Shown: positions 24,705 through 37,395 of the stretch, one piece after another
Position numbering within the stretch: position 1 is the stretch's first letter
How the letters are laid out: each line of letters begins with the position of its first letter
DNA from: Mobula hypostoma
Lineage: Eukaryota
NCBI RefSeq assembly: GCF_963921235.1
Contig: NC_086109.1
Span: 31,498,001 to 31,562,000 of the forward strand
Length of the DNA stretch: 64,000 nt
Reading direction: 5' to 3'
Program-made: the position numbers and the translations under genes
Notes under the pieces: generated by a model
Seen by the model: only the letters and a program-made list of their open reading frames with translations
What the model was told of the DNA's origin: nothing
Database searches by the model: none

Positions 24705-26194
24705 CTCTAATTAGTAGTGTTATGATCAATATAACCTTGGAGCTGCAATGCTGACGTGCATGCACTTGAGTAAATCCACTCCTGTGATTGCATTCTAGCT
24801 ATATGTTGATAAAATAATAGCTCTGTCTGTTCATAAATGCTTTTCAATTCTACCTGAGGCCTTTAGACACAACTTACATTACTGGCTTGAATGCTCCTTA
24901 CAGTAAAATTGTGTATAGGTGGCCTATACCATCTCCCTCCCACCCATCTGAGATATTTATCAGGAGTGCTGGGTACGCAGGGCCCTTAGGATCTCTCCCA
25001 TCCACCCTAAAATCTCTATGACCCCCCCCCTCCCCACCATTGTGAAGGATATTTTCTTCCTTTCTAGGACAGGGGGCATCATGCCTTTGCCAAGTTTGGC
25101 TTTCTAAGCACAGCAGCTGCTACTTGTAAGATCAACCAGTATAAATTTAACTTCCAATGATATCTTTTGTTTAGCTTCTGGCCATAAATGTGAGCCAGCC
25201 TTCGGTTTTTAAAATGTAAGTGGAAAGCAGTAATCATTTTGAAGTTAAAACAAATCACTGTCTACAAAGCAGCTTTGCAAAAAAAGTTCTGTATATAGCA
25301 GACACATTGCCTGGACACGGCATCTGTCTTATTGCTCCTCAAGAGGTGCAGTATAAGATAATGGGTTATTCAATTTGACTTGTTTCAAAACAGACAAAGT
25401 TGACAAAGTTGCTTAGTTCAAGAAAGTTTGCAGACCAGATTAATAATATAATTTAGAATATAAAATGGCTGCTGTGTTCATGGTTGAACGTTTATATACT
25501 CAGAGATGTTAGCTTTACACCATTTAATATGCGTAGGTGGAAACTCTGTCTCCAAGTGATTTTTAGACCATTTGGGTGAAAAGGGTATCTGAGAAAATAT
25601 CATGTATGCAGAGAGCAGTTCAGACTTATCAGGAATAAGTAAGAAACATCCTAAAGCATGAATTAAACACGAGTGAAGTAGAATCCATTCCTCAGGCTTC
25701 AATTCTGCGACGGACCCTTTACTTGTCTGCATCGTTGATATGTCTGTTTAGTTGTTAGGAATTGAACCTATGGTTTGGAAATCCTGTTTTAGAAATGGTT
25801 TGTAATTTGGAAATATTTAAGATAAAAATTCTCTGTGAATTTTAAATGTGTTTTAAGAATTCTGTTAAGATTGAAACATGAATCACTGAAGATAATGAAC
25901 TGTGTTTTAAACTACTTTGTTAACTGGAAGTTAATTCTCCTTGTCTGGTAGGGGGACCACTGCTTGAATAATGGGTATTGGCAGCTAAACTTGCTGTGGA
26001 GAATAGACAGGGAAGTGAGCTAGTCTTTGAAGATTGTGAGTTACACTATACTCTCCCTTTAGTGAGAGTACTCGTGTCTATTAATATCTGATAGGGCTTA
26101 AGGTCTTCCTTTGAGTTTAGAAATTCACATCAGCAAACCCAATATTGTCATATCATCAGGCAGGAGGTGTTGCAGCATTAGTACAAGGACTGTT

Positions 26195-26490
26195 AGAATC
26201 GGAAACAGCTTCATCCTCCTGAGCATGAGCCTACTGAAATCCCTGACACCAGCCAGGTCTCATCACTTATGAAGAACCAGTAGTGTTATACTGTATACTT
26301 TTTAACTTGTTTCATAAATGCACATTATACTAAATGTCAGTCTTCTGAAATATATTTTATTATTTGTTAAGTTATTTGTGGTAATATTACTTTACGTGTT
26401 GTATTATATACCTTGGTCTGGAGGAACATTGTTTTGTTTGGTGGTATACATGTATACAGTTGAATGGCAAGAAAATTGAACTTGAACTTC
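26195..26490 (+). mobile_element. Rex1-type LINE 3' end
   Basis: ggaaacagcttc.. start; (TTGAAC)n tail. Confidence 0.55.
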
Positions 26491-28291
26491 AGGATGCATG
26501 CTGGTATTCTGTGCATATTGGTTGTCTATTGGGCCATAGGAATACAAGATAGTGCACTGAGGGACATTTAGCATGCCTGCTTGCTGTTATATTTCATGGC
26601 CCAGTACCAAGATAAACTCCAGATTTAATCCATGTTTACAATGAATGAATAAATGACAACATTTAAATTCCATGGTTTCACAGGTGTAATTATTTCACAC
26701 GATTATATCCATAAAAATAAATAGATGGATTGCACTGGACAATCTTCTTCACTTAAAATGGAATATGCTACTCAAAGTGCACCTTAATCAAATACGCACC
26801 AAAAGCCAATGAATAAATTCAACTAAAACTTTATTGTGCAAACAAAGTTTAAAAGACCATGTTAAGAAGAAATGGTTTCTGTGATGAATGTTTCTCTGTG
26901 ACATTACAAATAGTTTCCTATCAAAGATCTGGAGGACAACATAACTGTTTTGGAATTAAATTAACACTCCTATGTAAACGCCTTTGTTGTTTATATTGTT
27001 ACATGTATTCTCTGTAAGTGAACAAATTAAAGGAAAAATAAATAAAGGCTGTGAATTTGTTATAATGACATTTTTAATCTTTTTACTTTGTCTTCTTTGC
27101 CTTCTTGATAGATTGGAAATAATTATCTATAATCAGATCTGCTAAAATACATTAACTTAATGGGCTGGAACTGCTGTGAACTGCCAACAGTTCCATGAGT
27201 AACAGCTGGCATTTACTTTCTTGACGGTCGATAATTTTGGGACTCCTACACACATGGAGACATCCTGAGCTTACTGGACAAATTTCACCAGCAATATCCT
27301 GGTTGCTGCTGCATTCTATTTAACCCCAAATTTGGCACTGAACTGAGAGATAATTCTCAAGCAGTATGCTGGGCAAGGTTGCAATCCAAACTGGGCTCCA
27401 TGGAGAGTAAAATTGCAGAGGTAACTGACAGATTCAACCTTCCAAATTACAAAACGACTTCCAAGTTTCAATGATTGAACACTATCTATTTCAGCTACCA
27501 GTAATAGCCAGTAAAATTTGGTCCTTTTTAACTGTTTATCTCTCTATAGACCCCAAGTGATCTACCAATTATTTTGTGATTTTTTTTCCTTGTAATGACA
27601 GATTCCCAATAGTGAGTATGGTCTTGTAAAAAAAAAGTTTTGATAAATAACCAGTACTTCTGATAAATTTCAAAAATAATGAAGCCACATGGGGAGAAAT
27701 TTAAATACAAAATTCTTAAACAAAATTAAATTGCCAGCTTTTGGGGAGTCTGTAATTTATATTTTATCAGAGAAAGAAATAGATTGGAAGTATTCAAATA
27801 TGTCAAGGTTCAATCTATATTCCCTTATTTCATTTGCATTCCAATTAAGTTTGCTACATTTACTTTAGACAACTATATTTTTCACTGGAATGCCCCTGCT
27901 TGGTGAACCATTATAATGCAAAATCATAATTTTGCGAAGTCATATATAATTTATTCAAAACTAATTATACTCTCATAAAGGAGACAGCAAAATAAAGACA
28001 AAGTGGTGATTGTATGTAATAGTGCCTTATTATTTTAGTTTTCAAAGTGAAGACAGTACAAGACTGTAAGTTAAGTAACAATGTTTGGCATGATGTGAAT
28101 ATATCGAGAATAGTTTTGACATGAATTGAATTCTAATTACAAAACTTGTAATGGTATCTAATATTAGGTATAAGTTCACAATACGAAACATCTGTGATTA
28201 GCAAGTATTACACTGAATAACCATAATTAAAATTGACAATTAACATATTCCTCTAAAGTGCTAATACAGATATTTATTATATTGTAAAACT

Positions 28292-28856
28292 GTTGTTGTT
28301 TGTCCATCGTTGACGTCGATGAGGACCTCGACACCATAATGATGGTGTCAAGACCAGCGCGTGACTTGGATTTAAGTGAGGGAGAGTTGCGCAGCGTCAG
28401 CCTCACTCTCTCTTCCTAATTCCCATCTGGATCCAGTGGCAAGACAGAGTCTAGACGTCTGGAGATGGGACTAGGCGCAGTGGATGACCAGGACATCTTC
28501 TGTGTCTTGTCCTGCTCTACGCGTTCCACGACGCTTGCAGAGACCGCCTTCTTGACCGTTGGACCTTCCATGGGTCTCATCCACTCAATCCGCCGGAGTC
28601 TGTCTTCACATGCTGGGATAGACAACTCCCTATCTCACTGAGGGTTTGAGACCCGTCGGCTACCCTCACCTGGTTTAGCCGGCTTGTCAAAGCCGTTGCC
28701 CGGGGTGTGGCCGCTGTCGCATTCAAACAGCTACGGGGAGCCACAGGTGAGAGCTGAGTGCCAGGTGGGGACCAAAGGTGGACTAACCGCCCTGAAAAGA
28801 ACGCGACATGTTCCCCCACCAGAGGTGCTACCCCTCCCTGACACCCCATACACCCC
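28292..28856 (-). mobile_element. Non-autonomous bipartite RTE-derived element (5'UTR + 3'UTR)
   Basis: (AAC)n tail; CpG-rich; TSD tattgtaaaact/tactgtaatact (28280/28857); no RT coding. Confidence 0.8.
28663..28856 (-). ncRNA. HDV-like self-cleaving ribozyme (predicted)
   Basis: P1 GGGGUGU/ACACCCC, P2 CUCUCACCUG/CAGGUGAGGG, P3 GGC/GCC, L3 starting UCC, GGGCAAC, P4 GGCUU-UGAC-AAGCC, J4/2 GGCUAA. Confidence 0.8.
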
Positions 28857-29395
28857 TACTGTAATACTATATTTTAAAGGAAGAGGTGACTTTAATATTA
28901 ATTAGCATCTCCTTTCTTAAACTTTCTGGTGGCAAGGCAAACAATAACTAATGTCACCACGTGGAGGAACATTCATTTTTCACTGAATTTGATTACCTGT
29001 TGAGGCATGCCCTTGTCTGAACACCACAAAATAAGGTCAGGCACACCCTCGACAATTGGAGGATGAATTCCCCAGGCCATTCTTTCATATCTGTTAAGAT
29101 ATTGTCTAAATCTGGCACCAGATCTTTTCGTAGACCTAGGTGACTTCTTCCAAATCATTCATGAAACAGCTTATCCTTCCTTTCTCCTTTTCTTTATAAG
29201 GTGGCTGGGATTCTGTCACAGTCCGTGAGCTACAGCTACAGCTCAAACTATGGGTTCTCCATGAGCAGTGGGTTTTCACATCGGCCGTGTGGCCTGGAAG
29301 ATGTGTGCCTTCGGGGGGCAGCCCTGTGGATGACCCAGTCCTTGCCAATTTCACTGACTGAAGCATTATGAGAGACTGAAACATCAGGACAGCAG

Positions 29396-29745
29396 CAATG
29401 TTCCCTCTAAGGTGTGTGCCTGTGCATGTGCGCACACCTTTTGCTACTAGCGCACAAAGGAATTTTAACTGCTCACAAAAGATTGTCATCCTCTACCTTG
29501 TTGGCATGTTAAATATATTTCACAATTGTACACAATCTCATTGCATTTTCCATTATGAATGTACTATTTTATTTCTTTTAAACAATGAAAAACAAACTAG
29601 CCTTGGTAGTTCATTATCCTTAGAATAGCTTCAAGTTTACTTCCACTTAAAAATTCAGTGCGCACATGTTGTTGTCACTGGGCAAAAAATTGGACAGCAC
29701 AAGATTTTTGCCCCCACTGGTCATTTCAAATTAGAGGGAACATTG
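29396..29745. mobile_element. hAT-type MITE
   Basis: 15-bp TIR CAATGTTCCCTCTAA/TTAGAGGGAACATTG; 8-bp TSD gacagcag/gacagtgg. Confidence 0.88.
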
Positions 29746-30254
29746 GACAGTGGCATAATGTGCTGCTGTCAGAAGAAGGCCCCAGTACTTGAGCAATTCC
29801 TCTCTTTCTCGATGGAGTGTGAGGGCCTGTCAGTCCCCGAGTTGGGGGGCCTAGAGAGGTGACATGGAAGATTGTAACATTGGAACAGTGAGCAGCGAGT
29901 CTCCCGCTCTTGTTGCAGCAACGATCTCTCTATTTCCTCACTGGTGAGAGAGACCCTGTCTGAGATACCGAAGTTCTGGGATATGGACTAGTTTTTGATG
30001 AACTTTAGATCAAGGTCTCTTTGGGGGCTTTTGCTATTGCTTGCATGGTCTAAGGTGTCATTTGTATACATTCTCTGATTGTTTCTCTTACATTGGAAGA
30101 ACTAGGGAATTTTCAGTCCCTATAAAAGTGGTAACTGTTAGTTGGAAGTTAACATACAATTGTTTGTGATCTTACAAGTGGCAGCTACTGTGTTTAGAAC
30201 ATAAGCCTGGCAAACAGCCAAGAGGCCTACTGACCAGGAGTGAATATCCATCAC

Positions 30255-30540
30255 AGCAACATCCATCATCAAGGATCCTCACCGTCCTGGCCATGCTGTC
30301 TTCTCGCTACTACCATTGTGAAGGAAGTATAAGAGCCTCAGGTCCCACACTACCTAGTTCAGGAACAGTTATTACCCTTCAATCATCAGGCTCCTGAACC
30401 AGTGTGAAAATTCACCTCAACTCTGAACTGATTCCACAACCTATGGACACAGTTTCAAAGACTCTACAACTCATGTTTTCAATACTATTTATTACTTATT
30501 GATTTATTATTATTATTATTATTATTTGTATGTTTAGTAT
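30255..30540 (+). mobile_element. Rex1 LINE 3' fragment
   Basis: SIIKDPHRPGHAVFSLLP..FRNSYYPSIIRLLN. Confidence 0.75.
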
Positions 30541-31559
30541 TTTACTGAAATTCTGAGTAATAATTTTTGTTTAGCCCTCACAATAGAAAACATCAAAAAA
30601 TCTCTATAATATTCAACAATCAAAGGGCTATGGGGAGAGAGGAAGTAGAAATTACTTCTTTAGCTAAGGAAAAAAATAAAATAAAAGGCTTACAAATCCG
30701 TAGACATGCTACACAGAATTTTAAATGAAGCAATTGTGAAGATAAAGGTAAAGGATATACTGGTTGTTATCCAGAAAATTCCTTCGATACTGAACAGGTC
30801 CGAGTGCAGATGTTATATTGCTATTTGATCTTATCCTATTATCTATTATTTCTTCCCCTGTCCCATCTACCTTAATTTTTTATATACTTTACAGACAATT
30901 CACATTTATAACCCATCTTCCTTCTTTTCATAATTTGTCTGGTCACCCTTTACTGATTTCTAACAATTTTGTAATCCTCTTCCTTATTCTTCATAACATT
31001 GTATATCTTCACTTTTAGGTTAACATCATCCTAATTTTCAGCAGGCAGAAGCAGATAATCTTAATTAGCTACGGATGTAACATCCTTCTTCTTGAATCTG
31101 TTCTAATATCTCTGGAAGAAACCTTTGTTTTTATGTCTGCCGCAGTTAGCCAATATCCTTACTTTTCACAGTCTACTTTTGACAATTCTGTCCTCATACC
31201 ATTGCAATTGCTTTTATTTACATTTAGGGCATGAGTTTCAGACACAAGATCTGACACTGAATTTGAAATTCTGCCAGCCGTGTTACTCTTTCTATAGTGA
31301 TCCTCTATCATGAGTTCAACAAAAAATCTCTGTCACCAGAGACTCCAGATCTAGAATAGTCTGCTGACAGATTCGATAAAATGTTGTCCAGTTTATTTTA
31401 ATCAATTTAAACCAATGAAATTAACTTAATCATTTTGATCCTTAACAATCTTAATTTTCTTTATATTACACATTTTTATTGATGAGGTCACATAAAGTCA
31501 AAGATTTTTCATCATCATACCGGGCACACTGGAGGCTGTGAGGGAACAAAGGACTCCAC

Positions 31560-31894
31560 AGCAAATCCCAGAAATCCTGGACAATGTTTCTCATCCTCTG
31601 CATGCCACCTTGGCTGAATAGAGGAGCACTTTCAGTAATAGACCTGGACAACTACGCTGCTCCAAAGAACGTTACAGGGGGTCATTCTTATCCTCGGCCA
31701 TTAGGCTTGAAAATGAGTCAACCTATAGCCAGGGAAGTGACGACCCCCTCTCCTAATAGATTGTTTGAGGTAACTTATTTTTTATTCTTTCTTACTTCTC
31801 TTCTAATATTTGTGTATTTGCATATCTGTGTACTTCTCATGCTACTGTGACACTGTAATTTACTTTCGGATCAATAAAGTATCTATCTATCTAT
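31560..31894 (+). mobile_element. Rex1/Babar LINE 3' fragment
   Basis: ILDNVSHPLH..STFSNR; tail gatcaataaagtatctatctat. Confidence 0.75.
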
Positions 31895-34304
31895 TACAAG
31901 ACTCAATTTGCTGGTTATAATTCTTGCAATAATGTTGAAAAATAGCTAATTTGATAATGTGTTGAATTAATAGAGTTAAACTGTTTTTAAATGTGCTGAA
32001 CTTGTAGACAAGATATGCTGGAAGGTCTGGGTATCTCTTGGTTGTATCTGTGAAGAAGATAGGGTTAATAATTTGTTCTAACAACCTTCTTGTTCAATTG
32101 AATGAACAATGTTGAAGGACATTGTTAAACCTGCAATCAGCAATATTGCTCAATCACAGTACTGAACAGTGACATTTTCAGATACTAACCAGGAACACTA
32201 TCGTCTGACAGAATTATTTGGCAATTCATGACAGGCCACAAATAGCTAAAAATTTCCAGCCAGGCTCTTGCTAGGCATTCAAAATTCTATTGAATACTAT
32301 TTCCACAGAGTGCTGATGCCTGCCAGGTGCATAAATCTAATGCTGTCTAACCTCTTCTTTATTGGATTAGAAGTCTTGTCTAATTAGCTGGCATTTCTCA
32401 AATCACAGTCTTGAATTTTATACGATTCGACCTTTAGCTTGGAATGCAATATATTACCAAGTGTGCCTTTGCATCTGACATATAAAAAAGCACGATGATC
32501 TCTAGTGTCTTGACTTTGTCAGGACTCAGCCTGTCTTACATACCAGTAAGTATCTCCATTCTGTGTCTCAGATTATTATTTAACATTGATAGGAAAATAA
32601 TGACTATTTGACAATTATGTAATACCAAAACTGAAATTTCACATGATAAGTACGTAATAAAACAACGACTTTGTTTCTTTGATATCTAGTAATGAAATAT
32701 TTGATATCTGCAAATGAAATGTTGCTTATTCCAGGATATTTTAAAGGTACATGAAACTCTTCAACAGAGAAATAATTATCTTTATCTTGAAATGTTAAAG
32801 CTTTATTTAGCATTCCATATGTAATCTTTTTTCTCCATTTAAGCAGCAGAAAAAATAGCATCTTGAGGAGTAGAAGCACCCATTGGATTAATCCAAAAAA
32901 CCTCATTGGCAATTTTCATTGTGCCGTTGACCATCTATTTAAACACATTTAACAGGCCCCTCACTATCAGGCATAGTGAGTACCTTCACTGAGGATAACC
33001 TAACATTAAATGGCAGAGGAGCTTTAGTTCAGATTCTGATTTCTGCATTCTTATCTGAAGTAGCATAAGACACTCCAGAGCGAGGAGACATAAATTCTTA
33101 TCATTCTATCAATCATTCTGGCATTGCCACTAATGTGTTTGTTCTTGTGGAAGTCCCAAACTTGGAATGCAGTCCAAAAAAGTTTAATAAGAGGTCAAAT
33201 GTGACTTAACCAGCTGCTGTGCTTCTTGTCAGCTGTTTTGTGTGAAAAATGAAATCTGCTTTCTCCTGTGAGGGATAGTATTTAAAAGTCAAGGACCAGT
33301 CGCCTTGTTGTCATGGTCTGGGCTGGCATTTTCTCGGGATTTGGTACCAGATCCTCAAAGGTAGATAAAGACTTACTGCGGAAGTCAATGCAGGTGCTCC
33401 ACTCATTTCACTAGCATTTAATGAGTGGTACAACTATTGGTTATAAGGATTAACCTTCAGTCTGCAGCATATGGCTGCTAAGTTAATTACAAAATCATGC
33501 AAAATTTGACCAATGACCATGGATATACTGTATAATCTGTGTGTTATCAGGAATTTTTAGGAAGTGAAATACAGTATTGTACTTATTATTCTACTGAATG
33601 TGATGACAGAGTAATAAATCAGAGGCAAGAAGCGTTGGAGAGAAGATGGAGAAAATCAGAAAACTAATAAAGGTCTTCATTTCATATCATGGACTGCAGT
33701 TGACAGTTACTGTATTTTTATGGTGAACTAAGTTCTATTGAAGTGATCCAAACACAGAAAAGAAAAAGTCAGCAAATGCTTCCTTGCGTATTTGTATCAA
33801 ACAAGTGATCATACTTAGAGGACAACCTCGAGTTGTAAGTACTTGATCCCGTTCCCGAACTTACTGACTCGAAAGAAGTAATTTTTAATTTAGTACAGTT
33901 GACAAGAAACTGTCAGGATTTCATTCAATGTCTGCATTATGGCATATTTTTGGCATCCCTTAATATAAGGTAAAATTGGGCAGCATGTAAATTAGAAGCC
34001 TACTCTCATTCTGTCAATTTCTCGCTCATCCTGTCAATTTAGTGCTGGAAGAATTAGGTTAAAATCAGCCTCTGACTGCCTAAGGCAAAGTACTAGAATG
34101 CTGCTGCCATCTCATCCATGAAAGGGCAGAATCAAAACTGTAACTAGGTGTTAAATAGAAAATACACATGTAAAATGTGATAAAATAATCATTACCAAAT
34201 AGATCATTACGATTACCACGCACTTTGCCAGCTCATACCTTTCTTCCACAGAATGACTCATTCTGCATGCCCCCACTGCAGGTGCCCAACTTCTTTCTTC
34301 ACAT

Positions 34305-34575
34305 ATGATTATGAGGACACACAGTCCTCTTTTATTGTCATTTAGTAATGCATGCATTAAGAAATGATGCAATATTCCTCCAGTGTGGTATCACAGAAAC
34401 ACAAGACAGACCAGGACTGAAAAGCTAATAAAAACCACATAATTATAACATATAGTTACAACAGTGCAACAATACCATAACTTGACGAAGAGCAGGCCAT
34501 GGGCACAGTAAAAAAGTTCAAAGTCTCTCGAAAGTCCCACATCTCACGCAGACGGGAGAAGGAAGAAAGCCATGT
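34305..34575 (-). mobile_element. 5'-truncated copy of the 6838-7475 element
   Basis: Direct high similarity. Confidence 0.8.
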
Positions 34576-36569
34576 CCGATATCAATCTTAATGACATTCC
34601 ATTTTCTGTCCCAATAGCAGCTTCTATTTGTCTTTTACATAAACTTACTTTAGGTATAAAGCTTTAAGGGAATTGTTCCCTTTTTTTGCTGTAGTAACAT
34701 GATGGCAGTGCTGCAATTTGTATCTGCATGTACCAGTTGCACTATAAGCTCAGTAAATTCTTAATGGAGGCAATTGTTATTCAGCAATGTTAATCTAGTC
34801 ACCATGAATCTATTCATTCTTAGGAACCTGTCAACTTTCAAGTCAGCCTGTGCAATCCTGCAATGCCATATTTCATTGAAAAGACATACTGTATTTGTTT
34901 TCCTAACCTCAAATTTCTTATCACTAACCACAGATTTCATTTCTTTCCTCATTTATCAAAATAACATTTCCTTACCCATAACATTTACATTGTATCTATC
35001 CACTGATTGGCTGTTTAAGACATTGTGGCTTAAGCATAGTGTCATGTCTAACAAATGAAAAAAGTTTACACATACATAAAACAAATCACAGCCAGCAAAT
35101 ATTCTTATTAATCAAGAGAATCTCAGATGCCTTGCTGTTGACATGATTAACGCTTTCCACACCAGACCTTTAGGCTCTCCCCATCTGTTCTATTGAAAGG
35201 TGTGAAAAGTGTGCTATTCCTCAAAATAAGTGATCGATAGATGTGGTGGAGATGGGAAATTCATCTTCATTTAAGGTGGAATTGCTCATTTCCAAATCAC
35301 CAAAGGCCACATTTTCACATTCACATAGGATCAGAAAGAGATAGCACGCCACATACACCTCTGATATCGTTTTCATAAGTGAGATGAGAGAGAAGTTTTG
35401 AGTTATTAACTTGAGTTCGGTTATTGTACACAAAAGAAAAGTATCTAATTTACTCCATGCCATTAATACATTAGCTATCTGTTACACATTATTCATTTTA
35501 CAATGAATTTTTCTGCAAGATTTACAATAGATTATTTTCCATGAAAAATTTTGTGAGACTTGAAATAATCTAGGAATTCTCATATTTCTCATTGTATATC
35601 TGAGGAGAAAGTAATAGGAACTTATTCTTCCCAACTTTATATCAGTTTCTGTATTATTAGCAAATGAACATTCACTCCTTAGACAGCATCAGGAAATCAT
35701 ACATATATACTGTAGATGTTCCCTTTACTTGTCAAGCAGATAGGATTTGTAAAAGGAAGATTGTGAGTGACACCTTGAAATGATATGATCATCATATTTA
35801 TCAAAATTATTGCTTCTTTGATAGAAATAATTACTGATCAGATTTTTTTGCTTCTGTCTGAATCAGTTGGTGCCTTAAATAAATGCTTGATTAACTGAGA
35901 TCACTCTAGATGATGAAAGGCTTTATATATATGCAAATTTGCTCTTTTTTATGATCTATATAGTGCTGGATTACACACTCCTATATATGGGTTTGGTGCA
36001 GTCATGTACTTGAATAAACCACGGTCTCCTTTCCTATTTTCATTTTCCAGAAAACAGTAGGATTGTTTTTCCTCTTATCATTCTTCATTATGTTATTCGT
36101 TCCACATTAGGTCGTTGTGGTAACAAATAAACCACATTACGATATTGTGCTGTGTATTGATGATATATTTTCAATAATTGAATTTAAATAAAGTACTTGC
36201 TGTAAAATAGCTAAATGGAGAGCTTAGCTGAGCTCATTCGAACACATTGCAGATTCTCCACTGGAAAGCTGTCATTTAAATAACTTGAAATGCATGAAAC
36301 TTATTAAAATCTAACCAATTTGGCATGATAGATTAGATTTACGCTCCAGTGATCACACTGCAGCTGTGTCTTTTTATGAGGTAATTCCGATACAACCATT
36401 TTATTAGCATAATGACTTACTTTTATAATTAATAAACTAATACATATTGGCAAAAGTTGTTTAATACTTCAGTGTTTGGAACAATATTAGATTTCATCTT
36501 TGTTTTAACCCTCTGTTGATAACCTGTCCAATAGTTCAAGTATCCCAAAACATCCACTAAAATTAATTG

Positions 36570-37395
36570 ATGTCCTTAAGAAAGGTTTCAGCCTGAAATG
36601 TCATTAGTTGATTCATTTCTATAGATGCTGCCTGACCTATTGTGTTAGTTCAACATTTCATGTGTGTTGTTCTGGATTTCCAGCATCTGCAGAGTATCTC
36701 AGTTTATGATGTGCTTGAATGCATTTTTGATGTGTTATGATCTAGAAGAATGGGTGTCTAGAAGTTGATTGATCATATCCATCATAAAAAAATGCTAGCT
36801 GAGGCTGGAGCTCATTGAATTGAAAGCAATTTAAAACCCTGGCTTGAAATTCATTCAGCAACAGGGCTCTGGGAGTAATCACTAGAGCTTACTGAACTGC
36901 AAATCCTGCCAAAGGATTTGGGTCTGAAATGTCGACCGTACCTTTCTCCTTGATGCTGCCTGGTCTGCCGAATTCCTCCAGCATGCTGTGTGTATTGAGT
37001 AGTTGCAATAGGCAGGTTAACCAGTTGACAGGATGCAAAGTTGACAGGCCCAACTCCAGTTACTTATTGACAATGTAGATGATAGAATAGAGGTTTCATA
37101 TCCAGGTTTTCCAGCACCAGCGTTTTTGGCAGTATACCTAGATACAAGGTTAAGCAAATGAGCAAAACTGTGTGTAAATAGAGCAACAAGTATGATGCTG
37201 GAGGAGCTCAGGGGGTCAGGCAGAAACTCTGAAGGTAAATGGACAATTGACATTTCAGGCTGTGAACTTCCATCTGCATTACTTGGGGGCCACTACCTAA
37301 GTGTTGCTGTCTATTCCCCTCCCCTAACTACTGAGCTCCATCAGCATTGCATCAGTTGCCCCAGGTTCCAGCATCTGCAGTCCCTCGCTTGTCTG
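36570..37395. mobile_element. Cluster of decayed PLE terminal repeats (36570-36710 +, 36900-37000 +, 37170-37395 fold-back)
   Basis: gatgctgcctgacc..ccagcatctgcag motifs and degenerate hammerhead cores. Confidence 0.65.

Noticed and set aside
27233..27474. ~80-codon open frame with a gag|gtaact donor-like site
   Set aside because: No early start codon, no convincing acceptor, no recognisable domain.
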